Shown piece by piece: positions 1 to 8,826 of a stretch of 64,000 nt of DNA. This DNA is from Geobacteraceae bacterium (GTDB lineage: Bacteria > Desulfobacterota > Desulfuromonadia > Geobacterales > Pseudopelobacteraceae), in contig JANXZX010000209.1 in assembly GCA_025355325.1 (NCBI GenBank), positions 73,211-137,210 on the forward strand, in the 5' to 3' direction. The notes beneath the pieces are model-generated. The model did no database searches. It was not told where the DNA came from and worked only from the letters and a program-made list of their open reading frames with translations. Position 1 is the first letter of the stretch. Each line of letters begins with the position of its first letter. The position numbers were made by a program, and so were the translations under genes.

Positions 1-46
1 TCAAATATAAATTTCAAAGCAGTACAAAATCAGGAGGAAACATACA

Positions 47-310
47 ATGGCTACAAAAATCAGGCTTGCACGTGCAGGCGCTAAAAAAAGACCTTTTTAT
101 CAGATAGTTGTTGCCGACGAGCGTAGTCGTCGTGATGGCAGCTTCATCGAGAATGTTGGCACATACGATCCAACCAAGAATCCGGCCGTAGTCAAGCTGA
201 ACACTGAAAAAGCTGCTGCGTGGCTCAGCAAAGGCGCACAGCCGACTGATACGGTTCGTCAGCTGTTGAAGAATGCAGGGCTTCTTGACAAGGCACCTGC
301 AGCAGCATAA
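47..310 (+). CDS. rpsP: 30S ribosomal protein S16 (bS16)
   Basis: The 87-aa ORF starts [18 protein letters not shown], the canonical bS16 N-terminus. An AGGAGG RBS lies just upstream. It is the first gene of the conserved rpsP-KH-rimM-trmD-rplS cluster. Confidence 0.95.
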   Translation: MATKIRLARAGAKKRPFYQIVVADERSRRDGSFIENVGTYDPTKNPAVVKLNTEKAAAWLSKGAQPTDTVRQLLKNAGLLDKAPAAA

Positions 311-367
311 CGTATTCTGTTTTTCCGGTTCGCCGGGTACTCTATATGAGCAACAGAGGACACCTCC

Positions 368-598
368 ATGAAGACTCTTGTTGAAAGCATTGCAAAGGCA
401 CTGGTTGATGACCCGACTCACGTGAATGCAACCGAGGAAACAGAAGAGGGTACTCTTATCATAAGTTTATCCGTCGCCAAGGATGACATGGGGCGAATCA
501 TCGGTAAGGAAGGACGAACGGCAAAAGCTATTCGTACTATTCTTAATGCTGTATCAACAAAAGACAACAAGAAGGCAATCCTTAAAATTGTGGAATAA
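368..598 (+). CDS. KH-domain RNA-binding protein (YlqC/UPF0109 family)
   Basis: The 76-aa ORF contains MGRIIGKEGRTAKAIR, a KH GxxG loop. It sits in the conserved position between rpsP and rimM. Confidence 0.85.
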   Translation: MKTLVESIAKALVDDPTHVNATEETEEGTLIISLSVAKDDMGRIIGKEGRTAKAIRTILNAVSTKDNKKAILKIVE

Positions 599-1120
599 AT
601 GACAGATCAGGATGAATTGGTTCCGGTTGGCAAAGTTATCGGAACTCACGGAATAAAGGGCCTTCTGAAGGTCTACTCATATTCAGGCAATATAGAAAGT
701 TTGCAGTCGTCTAAAATCGTTTTGCTGAAAGCGCCGGACGGTGCGCTCCGTGAATATTCCTTGAAGAGTGTTTCTGCTCATGCCGGCGGCTTTATTGTCG
801 GCTTGAATGACTTCTCTGACATCAATCAGGTGCTTTCCTTAAACGGATCGGAGCTTTGTTTGAAGCGAAGTCAGCTTCCGGTTCCGGGTGAAGATGAATA
901 CTACTGGCGTGATCTTCTGGGACTGGCAGTCCTTACCGATCAGGGTATCGAACTGGGAACAGTGGTTGACATCTTTGAAACCGGCAGCAGCGATATTTAT
1001 GTTGTACGCGGCGCCTCAAAAGAGTACTTGATCCCGGCTATTGCCGATGTGATAGCTCATATCGACATAGTGGGTAAAAAGATGATCATAACTCCGCTCG
1101 ACGGCTTATTGGATCTATGA
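599..1120 (+). CDS. rimM: 16S rRNA processing protein RimM
   Basis: The 173-aa ORF has the RimM N-terminal motif [16 protein letters not shown] and a PRC-barrel-like C-terminal half. Its ATG directly abuts the KH gene stop (TAAATG). Confidence 0.9.
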   Translation: MTDQDELVPVGKVIGTHGIKGLLKVYSYSGNIESLQSSKIVLLKAPDGALREYSLKSVSAHAGGFIVGLNDFSDINQVLSLNGSELCLKRSQLPVPGEDEYYWRDLLGLAVLTDQGIELGTVVDIFETGSSDIYVVRGASKEYLIPAIADVIAHIDIVGKKMIITPLDGLLDL

Positions 1121-1863
1121 GATTCGACATTTTGACCCTGTTTCCCGGAATGTTTTTCGGTCCTTTTGATGAAAGTATTATCAAACGGGCAAAAGACAAA
1201 CAGCTCATTGACATTTCGCTCCACAACATCCGCGATTGGGCCACTGACCGACATCAAACGGCAGATGATGCCCCCTACGGCGGTGGTGCCGGGATGGTCA
1301 TGAAAGCTGCACCACTCGCAGCGAGTATTGACTCCATAAAATCTCTGCACCCGTCTTCAACCGTAATACTCACTTCTCCACATGGCAGACTCCTTACCCA
1401 TGCGGTTGCCTGTGAACTTGCGGAGAAACCCGGACTCATTATTGTGTGCGGTCGCTATGAGGGGATTGATGAAAGAATCCGCTCGATCTACGCTGAAGAC
1501 GACATTTCACTCGGTGATTTTGTACTCTCGGGCGGAGAAATTGCTGCAATGGCGATTGTTGACTCCGTATCGCGGCTGATACCCGGAGTTCTTGGCAGTA
1601 ATGAGTCGGCAGAATATGATTCCTTTGGTGACGGCCTGCTGGAGTATCCGCACTATACACGCCCTCCTGAATTTAATGGCCTGACCGTTCCGGACGCTTT
1701 GCTTTCAGGGCATCATGAACAGATCAGAAAATGGCGTCGTAAAGAGTCGTTGCGCAAGACGCGTGCACTGCGGCCGGATTTACTTTCAAAAGTAACGCTG
1801 ACGCGGGAAGATCGGAAAATGTTGACGGAAATTGAGCAGGAGGAAGCCTGTGTTACTAAGTAA
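1117..1863 (+). CDS. trmD: tRNA (guanine37-N1)-methyltransferase
   Basis: The 248-aa ORF has the TrmD signatures [24 protein letters not shown] and [12 protein letters not shown]. It overlaps rimM by 4 nt. Confidence 0.95.
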   Translation: MRFDILTLFPGMFFGPFDESIIKRAKDKQLIDISLHNIRDWATDRHQTADDAPYGGGAGMVMKAAPLAASIDSIKSLHPSSTVILTSPHGRLLTHAVACELAEKPGLIIVCGRYEGIDERIRSIYAEDDISLGDFVLSGGEIAAMAIVDSVSRLIPGVLGSNESAEYDSFGDGLLEYPHYTRPPEFNGLTVPDALLSGHHEQIRKWRRKESLRKTRALRPDLLSKVTLTREDRKMLTEIEQEEACVTK

Positions 1864-2413
1864 TCTGGCTGTGGCCCTTGTTCATTATCCGGTTTATAAC
1901 AAACACCACGAGGTTGTTACATCCGCCCTGACAAACCTTGACCAGCATGATATAGCCCGTTCAGCAAAGACATTCGGGCTTGAGCGATATTATATTGTGA
2001 CACCTTCCGAAGAGCAGCGAAAGCTTGCAGAACGAATCAGTGGTCATTGGCAGCAAGGCTGGGGAGCAGACTATAACCCTGACCGCAGACAGGCACTTGA
2101 CATTGTTCGGGTAACACCGACAATAGCATCTGCAGTAGCTGATTTTCAGAGTGAGTTCAGTAAATCGGTCAAAATTGCAGTTACCGGAGCAGCCCGCCGC
2201 TCGGGGTCAATAGCATTGACTGCATTCAAAGAGCTCCTTCAGGAAGATGATCAACCGTATTTGCTGCTGCTCGGTACCGGCTGGGGGTTGACTGAAGAAT
2301 GCTTTTCTGCCGCTGATATTGTGCTTGAGCCAATCGCAGGAAATGGAACATATAACCATCTTTCAGTTCGGTCAGCAGCTGCAATTATGTTTGACCGACT
2401 CAAAGGGATTTAA
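1850..2413 (+). CDS. Predicted SPOUT-type SAM-dependent RNA methyltransferase-like protein (Methyltrn_RNA_4-like, family name from memory)
   Basis: The ORF track starts at a TTG at 1832, but the GTG at 1850 has an AGGAGG RBS 6-7 nt upstream. The sequence [36 protein letters not shown] matches my memory of the small SPOUT-like family found between trmD and rplS in some bacteria. The function call is tentative. Confidence 0.5.
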   Translation: MLLSNLAVALVHYPVYNKHHEVVTSALTNLDQHDIARSAKTFGLERYYIVTPSEEQRKLAERISGHWQQGWGADYNPDRRQALDIVRVTPTIASAVADFQSEFSKSVKIAVTGAARRSGSIALTAFKELLQEDDQPYLLLLGTGWGLTEECFSAADIVLEPIAGNGTYNHLSVRSAAAIMFDRLKGI

Positions 2414-2467
2414 CGCGAAGTTACATACATTACACAAACCGAGCATCATACAGGAGGAAGGTAAACA

Positions 2468-2827
2468 ATGAATACCATCGATTTTTTAGAGTTTGACCAA
2501 ATGAAGAAAAATGTTATCCCATTCAAAGTCGGGGATACGGTAAAAGTACATGTAAAGATCGTTGAGGGTGATAAACAACGTATCCAGGCTTATCAGGGCG
2601 TTTGTATCGCTCGCCAGAACGGTGGCGTGCGCGAGACATTTACCGTACGTAAAATTTCCAATGGCATCGGTGTTGAAAGAACGTTCCCTCTGCATTCACC
2701 AAACATTGAGAACATTGAAGTTATGGTTCGTGGTCATGTTCGTCGTGCAAAACTCTACTATCTGCGTAAACTGCGCGGAAAAGCAGCCAGGATCCGCGAG
2801 AAGAAATATGTACCGGTAGCCAAATAG
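2468..2827 (+). CDS. rplS: 50S ribosomal protein L19 (bL19)
   Basis: The 119-aa ORF contains [35 protein letters not shown], typical of bL19. A GGAGGAAGG RBS lies upstream. Confidence 0.95.
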   Translation: MNTIDFLEFDQMKKNVIPFKVGDTVKVHVKIVEGDKQRIQAYQGVCIARQNGGVRETFTVRKISNGIGVERTFPLHSPNIENIEVMVRGHVRRAKLYYLRKLRGKAARIREKKYVPVAK

Positions 2828-2834
2828 CTCTCAG

Positions 2835-2858
2835 AAAACCCCGCTCTTGCGGGGTTTT
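2835..2858 (+). terminator. Rho-independent terminator or attenuator after rplS
   Basis: A CCCCGC-TCTT-GCGGGG hairpin is followed by TTTT, 8 nt after the rplS stop. Confidence 0.7.
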
Positions 2859-2875
2859 CTGTTTCAGGACAGATT

Positions 2876-3529
2876 ATGACACAACAAGGTGAGCTTTTTT
2901 CGACAGCACCTCTTGATACACTGATATTTGAAAAGACCGCGTACAATAAAGGTTTCAGGCACGTGGCAGGAATCGATGAAGCTGGCAGAGGGCCTCTTGC
3001 AGGTCCGGTCATGGCGGCGGCGGTAATTCTGCCTGCCGGACTTACGATAAGCGGCGTTGATGATTCCAAGAAACTGACTCCCGAGAAGCGTGAGAAGCTT
3101 TTTGATGTCATCATGGCACAAGCGATTTCGGTGGGTGTGGGCATAGTCAGCCCGGCTGATATTGACCGGATCAATATTTTGCAGGCCACTCGCCAAGCCA
3201 TGCTTGCTGCAGTCCTGAATCTGGCTCCTCAGCCAGATTATCTGCTGATCGACGGCATCAGTACCATAGACAGCCTTATCCCACAGAAGACAATTAAAAA
3301 AGGCGACTCCTTGAGTCTCTCCATCGCCGCCGCCTCAATAATTGCCAAGGTAACCCGTGACCGGTTAATGATCGAAATGGATGTAACGTACCCAGGGTTC
3401 GGCTTTGCCGGACATAAAGGGTATGGCAGCGCAGCACATCTCGAAGCGATCAGGAAGCTTGGCCCCTCCCCCATTCATCGTCTGACTTTCGGCGGTGTCA
3501 AGGAGCACGTTAATTGTATCTTTTCCTGA
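2876..3529 (+). CDS. rnhB: Ribonuclease HII
   Basis: The 217-aa ORF has GIDEAGRGPLAGPV, the RNase HII catalytic DEAGRG motif, plus DDSKKL and IAAASIIAKVTRD. Confidence 0.93.
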   Translation: MTQQGELFSTAPLDTLIFEKTAYNKGFRHVAGIDEAGRGPLAGPVMAAAVILPAGLTISGVDDSKKLTPEKREKLFDVIMAQAISVGVGIVSPADIDRINILQATRQAMLAAVLNLAPQPDYLLIDGISTIDSLIPQKTIKKGDSLSLSIAAASIIAKVTRDRLMIEMDVTYPGFGFAGHKGYGSAAHLEAIRKLGPSPIHRLTFGGVKEHVNCIFS

Positions 3530-4719
3530 TAACATTCCTTTCGATCTATGGCTGCATGCATCTCTATGCGTATGTCAGACTGCGTGATGCATTTCATTCT
3601 GGACCACAACTTTCACGGCTACTGATTATTCTTATGGGTGCCATGACTTTCATGCCGCTCCTTGTACGAGTAGCGGAAAGTTATGGGTTGTCAAAAGCAG
3701 CGCTGATTATTGCCTGGCCCGGCTATCTTTGGATGGGTCTTCTGTTTATCTTTTCATCCATTCTCATTTTTATAGATGTTGTCTATTTTTCGTGCCGCCT
3801 TGCGTTTCGGCAGCAATTACATCGGCTTCCGGCGTACATATCCTTACACAATGCCCGCAAGTTTGCACCGTTCCTTGCTATTGTCGCCAGTTTATATTCC
3901 CTCCATGAAGCCGGTCTTATCCGCAGCGAACACGTTGTTATTCCATCATCCAAACTCCCCTCTTCCATCTCCAGGGTCAGAATTGTTCAGGTATCTGATG
4001 TGCATATCGGACTTCTACTGGGTAAACACAGACTCGAACAAATCCTGAAAATCATAGTTGAAGCAAAACCGGATATTTTAGTCTCAACAGGAGATCTGAT
4101 AGACGGTAAACTGAACCTTGACTACAACCTCACGGATCGTAATTCATTGTCTGGGTTTTTGGCCGCAGTTCCGGCACCTTTCGGAAAATTTGCCGTGCTC
4201 GGTAATCATGAGGTGTATGCCGGCATCCCCCAGTCCCTCGATTTTACCCGTACAGCAGGTTTTACCGTTCTCAGGAACCAATCCGTACCGCTTTCATGCG
4301 GTATTACGATATCGGGCATAGATGATCGTGCTGTTAATAAGAAATCACTTGCCGATCCCGCCATGGAATCAGCTCTTTTGAATTCAATCTCGCGAAATAC
4401 ATTCCAACTGTTACTGAAGCATCGCCCTGATATCGTACCGGAAAGTGACGGCCGCTTTGATTTACAATTATCCGGTCATGTTCATGGCGGACAAATCTTC
4501 CCATTTAATTTTCTCGTCAGACTCACACATCCTATTCCGTGCGGTACAACCACAACAAAAGCTGGATCAATAATTCATGTTTCAAGAGGTACCGGAACCT
4601 GGGGTCCTCCCATGCGTCTCTTTGCGCCTCCAGAAGTTACAATTATTGACATCGTCCCTTCACAGCCAGCTCAGTATCAGCATTCAAGAAACTATCTGAG
4701 GAAGCGTGCGACCGCTTGA
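3514..4719 (+). CDS. Membrane-anchored metallophosphoesterase (calcineurin-like, YkuE-like)
   Basis: The N-terminus has about 4 predicted TM helices. These are followed by the phosphoesterase motifs VSDVHIG, GDLIDG, GNHE and GHVHGGQ. The start is a TTG that overlaps the rnhB end. Confidence 0.8.
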   Translation: MYLFLITFLSIYGCMHLYAYVRLRDAFHSGPQLSRLLIILMGAMTFMPLLVRVAESYGLSKAALIIAWPGYLWMGLLFIFSSILIFIDVVYFSCRLAFRQQLHRLPAYISLHNARKFAPFLAIVASLYSLHEAGLIRSEHVVIPSSKLPSSISRVRIVQVSDVHIGLLLGKHRLEQILKIIVEAKPDILVSTGDLIDGKLNLDYNLTDRNSLSGFLAAVPAPFGKFAVLGNHEVYAGIPQSLDFTRTAGFTVLRNQSVPLSCGITISGIDDRAVNKKSLADPAMESALLNSISRNTFQLLLKHRPDIVPESDGRFDLQLSGHVHGGQIFPFNFLVRLTHPIPCGTTTTKAGSIIHVSRGTGTWGPPMRLFAPPEVTIIDIVPSQPAQYQHSRNYLRKRATA

Positions 4720-5696
4720 TTATGTTCTGCGAGAGTGCGTGAAAATTGGTGGGTGCCATCCTGGCGAGCGACAAAATAGAGGTAATCGGTTTTAGCCGGG
4801 TTCAGTGCCGCCTGTACGGCATCACTGCCCGGATTACCGATTGGACCAGGGGGGAGACCTTTGTTGAGGTAGGTATTATAGGGGGATGGGCGCTGAATAT
4901 CTGCTTTGGTCACCTTGCCGGAGAACGAACGAACTCCGTAGACTGCTGTCGGATCACTCTGAAGAGGCATGCCGATCCGCATGCGATTATAAAACACCGA
5001 GGCAATAAGCGGCTTCTCATCCGCTGCAACAGCCTCTTTTTCAATTATTGACGCCAACATGACAATGTCGTGGCGAGAAAACTGACGTGTCCCCTCACCT
5101 GCTTTTATGGCGTCATTCAACTTATTCCATTGCCCGATCATCTGTTCCAGCAACTGTTCCTCACTGCCGCCCCGAGATAGATTGTAGGTAGCAGGATAGA
5201 GGTACCCTTCCGCACTGGATTCATTAAGTCCAAGACGTGCCAGTAATGATTTGTCACGACATTTAGCCAGAAAGGCATCTTTCTTAAAATACCCCTTCTG
5301 ATCCAGCAATTCCGCTGCCTGATACATCGAATACCCTTCAGGAAGGGTAAATTTACGATAATCCGCCTCGCCTGAAACAATTTTCATCAGTATCTTGTCG
5401 GGAGTCATGTCATCACTAAACCGGTAGTCACCGGCTTTAAGCTGATGCGCAGCTCCACGCAGCCGCGTCAAAAGAACGAAGTGCCATGAACTGCGTATGA
5501 CCCCGCCGGCTTTCAGTTCGCTGGCAAGCTTGCGCACGCCGCTTCCGGGAGGAAATGAAGCGTCATAAACAACCGTTCCGTGACCAGGAGAAACAAAAAG
5601 GCAGGTGAGGTACCAAAGAAGTAAAATGATCAGGGCTAAGCGTACAGCATTCACGCAGATGTCTTTGGGGGTAAGGTTGGCAAAAAACATATTCAT
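4692..5696 (-). CDS. mltG: Endolytic murein transglycosylase MltG (YceG family)
   Basis: The 334-aa ORF has an N-terminal TM anchor. It shows YceG-like motifs (IPEG-like LPEGYS, ASIIEKEA, VFYNRMRIGMPLQSDPT, PYNTYLNKGLPPGPI). Confidence 0.9.
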   Translation of the reverse strand: MNMFFANLTPKDICVNAVRLALIILLLWYLTCLFVSPGHGTVVYDASFPPGSGVRKLASELKAGGVIRSSWHFVLLTRLRGAAHQLKAGDYRFSDDMTPDKILMKIVSGEADYRKFTLPEGYSMYQAAELLDQKGYFKKDAFLAKCRDKSLLARLGLNESSAEGYLYPATYNLSRGGSEEQLLEQMIGQWNKLNDAIKAGEGTRQFSRHDIVMLASIIEKEAVAADEKPLIASVFYNRMRIGMPLQSDPTAVYGVRSFSGKVTKADIQRPSPYNTYLNKGLPPGPIGNPGSDAVQAALNPAKTDYLYFVARQDGTHQFSRTLAEHNQAVARFLR

Positions 5697-5737
5697 ATTG
5701 TTGTAGTTATATCAAAGTGAGTTAAGAGATAGAAATA

Positions 5738-5781
5738 AGGATCAAGGATTTCCGATACATCTTCGAAAATCCTTGATCCTT
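5738..5781 (-). terminator. Hairpin terminator downstream of the phosphoglycerate mutase gene
   Basis: A perfect 15-bp inverted repeat, AAGGATCAAGGATTT ... AAATCCTTGATCCTT, lies in the 100-bp gap between the 5799 stop and the mltG start. Confidence 0.55.
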
Positions 5782-5798
5782 TAACATTGAACCGGATA

Positions 5799-6992
5799 TT
5801 ACACAAGTAGCGCAGGTAACAGCGTATGACCTTCCATAATTAACCCGGTTGCCTTTGCCTGGGCTTCGTCATACGAAGCTGCCCCATTACCGGTCTCTGA
5901 TCCGCCCCGGTAGATAACAAATGGAACAGGTTCCGAGGTATGCGTCATCAATTTTACCGGTGTCGGGTGATCAGGCATACAGAGAATTGCAAATTCGCCG
6001 AATTTCTTGATTCCTTCGAGAACGGTGCCGACAACCTGGCGGTCAAAATCCTCAATTGCCTGGAGTTTATGCTGCATATTGCCGGCATGTGAAGCTTCAT
6101 CCGGCGCTTCTACGTGAACATAGACAAAATCATGGTTCTCCAGAGCAGCAAGAGCGGCCTGGCCCTTGCCAAGATAATTGGTATCAATGTACCCGGTTGC
6201 CCCCTCAACGTTTATAACATCCAGACCGGCGCAGATACCAATCCCTTTGATAAGATCAACTGCAGAGATTACAGCCCCTGAAAGACCGAATTTATCACGA
6301 TACATATCGATGCGAGGAGTTTTACCATGTCCCCAGAGCCAGATCGAGTTGGCCGGCGCTTGCCCCTGCTCCTTGCGTTTTTTATTGACCGGATGATCAT
6401 GAAGTGCCATCTGGGCATGATTCATGATGTTATTCAGTACATCTGCACCATCGCCTTTGGGAAGTGAATCCAGTACAGCTTTACCGGAAATATCATGTGG
6501 AGGAGTTGATTGCATTCCGTCCTTGCCACCGCGCCAGACCATCAGATGCCGATACCCTACACCGGGATAAAATTCAAATTCTTTGCCGCCGATTTCCTGC
6601 TGAAGCGTTTCAACCAGTTCCCGTGCCTCATCTGTAGATATATGCCCGGCGGAAAAGTCCTGCATATAGATCGAACTACCCTGAGGCTTCAGTGTAACCA
6701 GATTCATACGGAAAGCAACATCGTCCGGACCAAGAACAACTCCCATGCTGATCGCCTCAAGCGGTGAACGCCCCGTATAGCAGGTTCGAGGATCATAACC
6801 GAAAACAGACAAATTCGCCACGTCACTTCCGGGAGGGAGGCCTGCGGGAACGGTATGGGCCAGCCCAACCTGACCATGCAGTGCCATAAAATCCATGTGT
6901 GGTGTATTTGCGTACTGTAGAGGTGATTTATTGTCGAGTTCACTATACGTGACGTCCGACATACCATCACCAAGCAGGATAATAACCTTCAT
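5799..6992 (-). CDS. apgM: Cofactor-independent phosphoglycerate mutase, archaeal ApgM type (also annotated as proposed homoserine kinase in some genomes)
   Basis: The 397-aa ORF has MKVIILLGDGMSD at the N-terminus. VHVEAPDEASHAG and CMPDHPTP are metalloenzyme-superfamily motifs typical of ApgM. Confidence 0.85.
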   Translation of the reverse strand: MKVIILLGDGMSDVTYSELDNKSPLQYANTPHMDFMALHGQVGLAHTVPAGLPPGSDVANLSVFGYDPRTCYTGRSPLEAISMGVVLGPDDVAFRMNLVTLKPQGSSIYMQDFSAGHISTDEARELVETLQQEIGGKEFEFYPGVGYRHLMVWRGGKDGMQSTPPHDISGKAVLDSLPKGDGADVLNNIMNHAQMALHDHPVNKKRKEQGQAPANSIWLWGHGKTPRIDMYRDKFGLSGAVISAVDLIKGIGICAGLDVINVEGATGYIDTNYLGKGQAALAALENHDFVYVHVEAPDEASHAGNMQHKLQAIEDFDRQVVGTVLEGIKKFGEFAILCMPDHPTPVKLMTHTSEPVPFVIYRGGSETGNGAASYDEAQAKATGLIMEGHTLLPALLV

Positions 6993-7081
6993 AACAACCT
7001 TTCAAATTGAAGTGAACTTCTGCGATGCATCTTAGTTTCCATGGTCACCATTTGTCAATCATTCAAGGTGATGATCCAATG

Positions 7082-7993
7082 TCAAAGCGATTCAAGCCTA
7101 TAAAAACCCAATCCGAACGATGCTCCTTTTCCGGCATTAAAATAGCTTCCGAGGCGCAACAACGAAAACATCGGTTCAACCAGACCTGCACATTCGATCG
7201 TACCGGTCAAACCTGCTCTGTTCCGGCTCTTTGACCAATCCGGCTGAGCATAATGCATTCCATCTTCCAGAACAGCAACTTTCTGAGCATGCTGAGAAAG
7301 ACCGCCAAAATCAAGATCCATCTCTCCATTGCCATAATAAGCGCATAAAGAGGAACATCGTCTGAGCTGTGAGCGAAAGAATTGGGCAAAATCAAATTTG
7401 TGAGCAACCGAACCATTGCTAATCAGGCGCAATGGAGATTTAAAGGTCAATCTGGCACTGTCGGAATGTACCGTGTTTTGTATAACGTAACGTCCGGAAA
7501 GCAGGATTATGCTTTCCGGCATCATTAATAAATCGCTGATTTCATGTCGTATGCCCTGGTTATCAAGACAATAGAAATGAAGAACAGATGGAGCGAATGG
7601 AAGCAGTAGCATATGCATAACAGATTTAATCATACGTAACAACGCTGCCTGAAAAAATCCAATATAATTCACAGCGCTACCAACGACAACCATGCCTACA
7701 GTATTAGATGAATTATTACTACACATCTCACCAATATATAACGACAATGGTAACGATGGTTTTTGGTGAAGTCGGACAATTTCCGGATCTGATGAAACCT
7801 GCTGGCCAAAAACAATCCGGAATGGACAGTTGATGTTCTCACAGCAGGAATGGCAGGTTTCTGCCTGATTCAGACAACAGGACGCTTTAAAATGAAACTC
7901 GAATTTCCGCAATTCTTCATAGAGTGCAGCAGTTAATATTGCAGATGGATCTGCAATAATGTCACATTCAATGCAAACGAAATCTAAATCCAC
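7082..7993 (-). CDS. Cys-rich hypothetical protein with a Cas6/RAMP-like glycine-rich C-terminus (DUF2276/CRISPR_Cas6-like, tentative)
   Basis: The 303-aa ORF has a GTG start with GGAG 10 nt upstream. The N-terminal Cys cluster reads CIEC...CC...CHSCC...C. The C-terminus LRLGSYFNAGKGASFGLGFYRLESL resembles the G-rich loop that closes Cas6/RAMP folds. The gene is visibly more AT-rich than both neighbours. Confidence 0.4.
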   Translation of the reverse strand: MDLDFVCIECDIIADPSAILTAALYEELRKFEFHFKASCCLNQAETCHSCCENINCPFRIVFGQQVSSDPEIVRLHQKPSLPLSLYIGEMCSNNSSNTVGMVVVGSAVNYIGFFQAALLRMIKSVMHMLLLPFAPSVLHFYCLDNQGIRHEISDLLMMPESIILLSGRYVIQNTVHSDSARLTFKSPLRLISNGSVAHKFDFAQFFRSQLRRCSSLCAYYGNGEMDLDFGGLSQHAQKVAVLEDGMHYAQPDWSKSRNRAGLTGTIECAGLVEPMFSLLRLGSYFNAGKGASFGLGFYRLESL

Positions 7994-8007
7994 AAGATAT
8001 CAGCTCC

Positions 8008-8039
8008 AAAAAAAGCGGGGCAGCCAAAAGGCCGCCCCG
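8008..8039 (-). terminator. Rho-independent terminator after sdhB/frdB
   Basis: On the minus strand there is a CGGGGCGGCC-TTTT-GGCTGCCCCG hairpin with one mismatch. A T7 run follows, 28 nt after the 8068 stop. Confidence 0.75.
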
Positions 8040-8067
8040 ACAGATCATTACAGAAAGTGAAATAAAA

Positions 8068-8826
8068 TCAAGCAAACTGCGCCTTGATGAATTCACGATT
8101 CATGCGGGCAATGAATTTTACATTAATACCTTTGGGGCAAGCTACCTGACATTCATAGTGGTTAGTGCAGTTACCAAATCCGCATGATGTCATTGCGTCA
8201 ACCAGATCCTTGACGCGGGTGGCAGCTTCAGCCTGGCCCTGAGGAATTACGGCAAACTGAGAAACCTTTGCGCCGGTAAACAGCATGGCTGCACCATTAG
8301 GACATCCGGCAACACAGGCTCCGCACCCGACACATTCAGCAGCATCCATAGCCTCATCAGCAGCCGGTTTCGGAATCAGGATAGCATTTCCATCAGGAAC
8401 TCCACCGGTATGGCAGGAGACATACGCACCAGCCTGAACAATAGTGTCAAGGGCAGAACGATCTACGATAAGATCTTTAATGATCGGGAAAGCACGGGCT
8501 CTCCACGGCTCAATGTAGATAGTGTCGCCATCCTTGAACTTTCTCATATGAAGTTGACAGACCGTGGTACGATCCTGTCCACCGTGAGCTGCGCCGTTGA
8601 TAACCTGTGAACACATACCACAGATACCTTCGCGACAGTCGTGATCGAACACAATCGGCTCTTTACCGGCATAAATCAGATCTTCATTTACGCAATCAAG
8701 CATTTCCAGAAAAGAGTGGTGCTCGGTTATGCCTTTTGCAGTGTAGGTTTCAAATTTCCCCGGATCTTTTGGCCCCTTCTGGCGCCACACGATCAGTGTG
8801 AGTGTCATGGTCTTGTGATCGCTCAT
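8068..8826 (-). CDS. sdhB: Succinate dehydrogenase/fumarate reductase iron-sulfur subunit
   Basis: The 252-aa ORF has the 2Fe-2S motif CREGICGMC and the 4Fe-4S/3Fe-4S motifs [12 protein letters not shown] and [15 protein letters not shown]. Its start overlaps the sdhA stop. Confidence 0.93.
   Translation of the reverse strand: MSDHKTMTLTLIVWRQKGPKDPGKFETYTAKGITEHHSFLEMLDCVNEDLIYAGKEPIVFDHDCREGICGMCSQVINGAAHGGQDRTTVCQLHMRKFKDGDTIYIEPWRARAFPIIKDLIVDRSALDTIVQAGAYVSCHTGGVPDGNAILIPKPAADEAMDAAECVGCGACVAGCPNGAAMLFTGAKVSQFAVIPQGQAEAATRVKDLVDAMTSCGFGNCTNHYECQVACPKGINVKFIARMNREFIKAQFA

Noticed and set aside
4692-4719. 28-bp overlap of the convergent 3' ends of the metallophosphoesterase gene and mltG
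   Set aside because: The overlap is real in the sequence, but tail-to-tail overlaps of this size are common. I see no evidence of special regulation.
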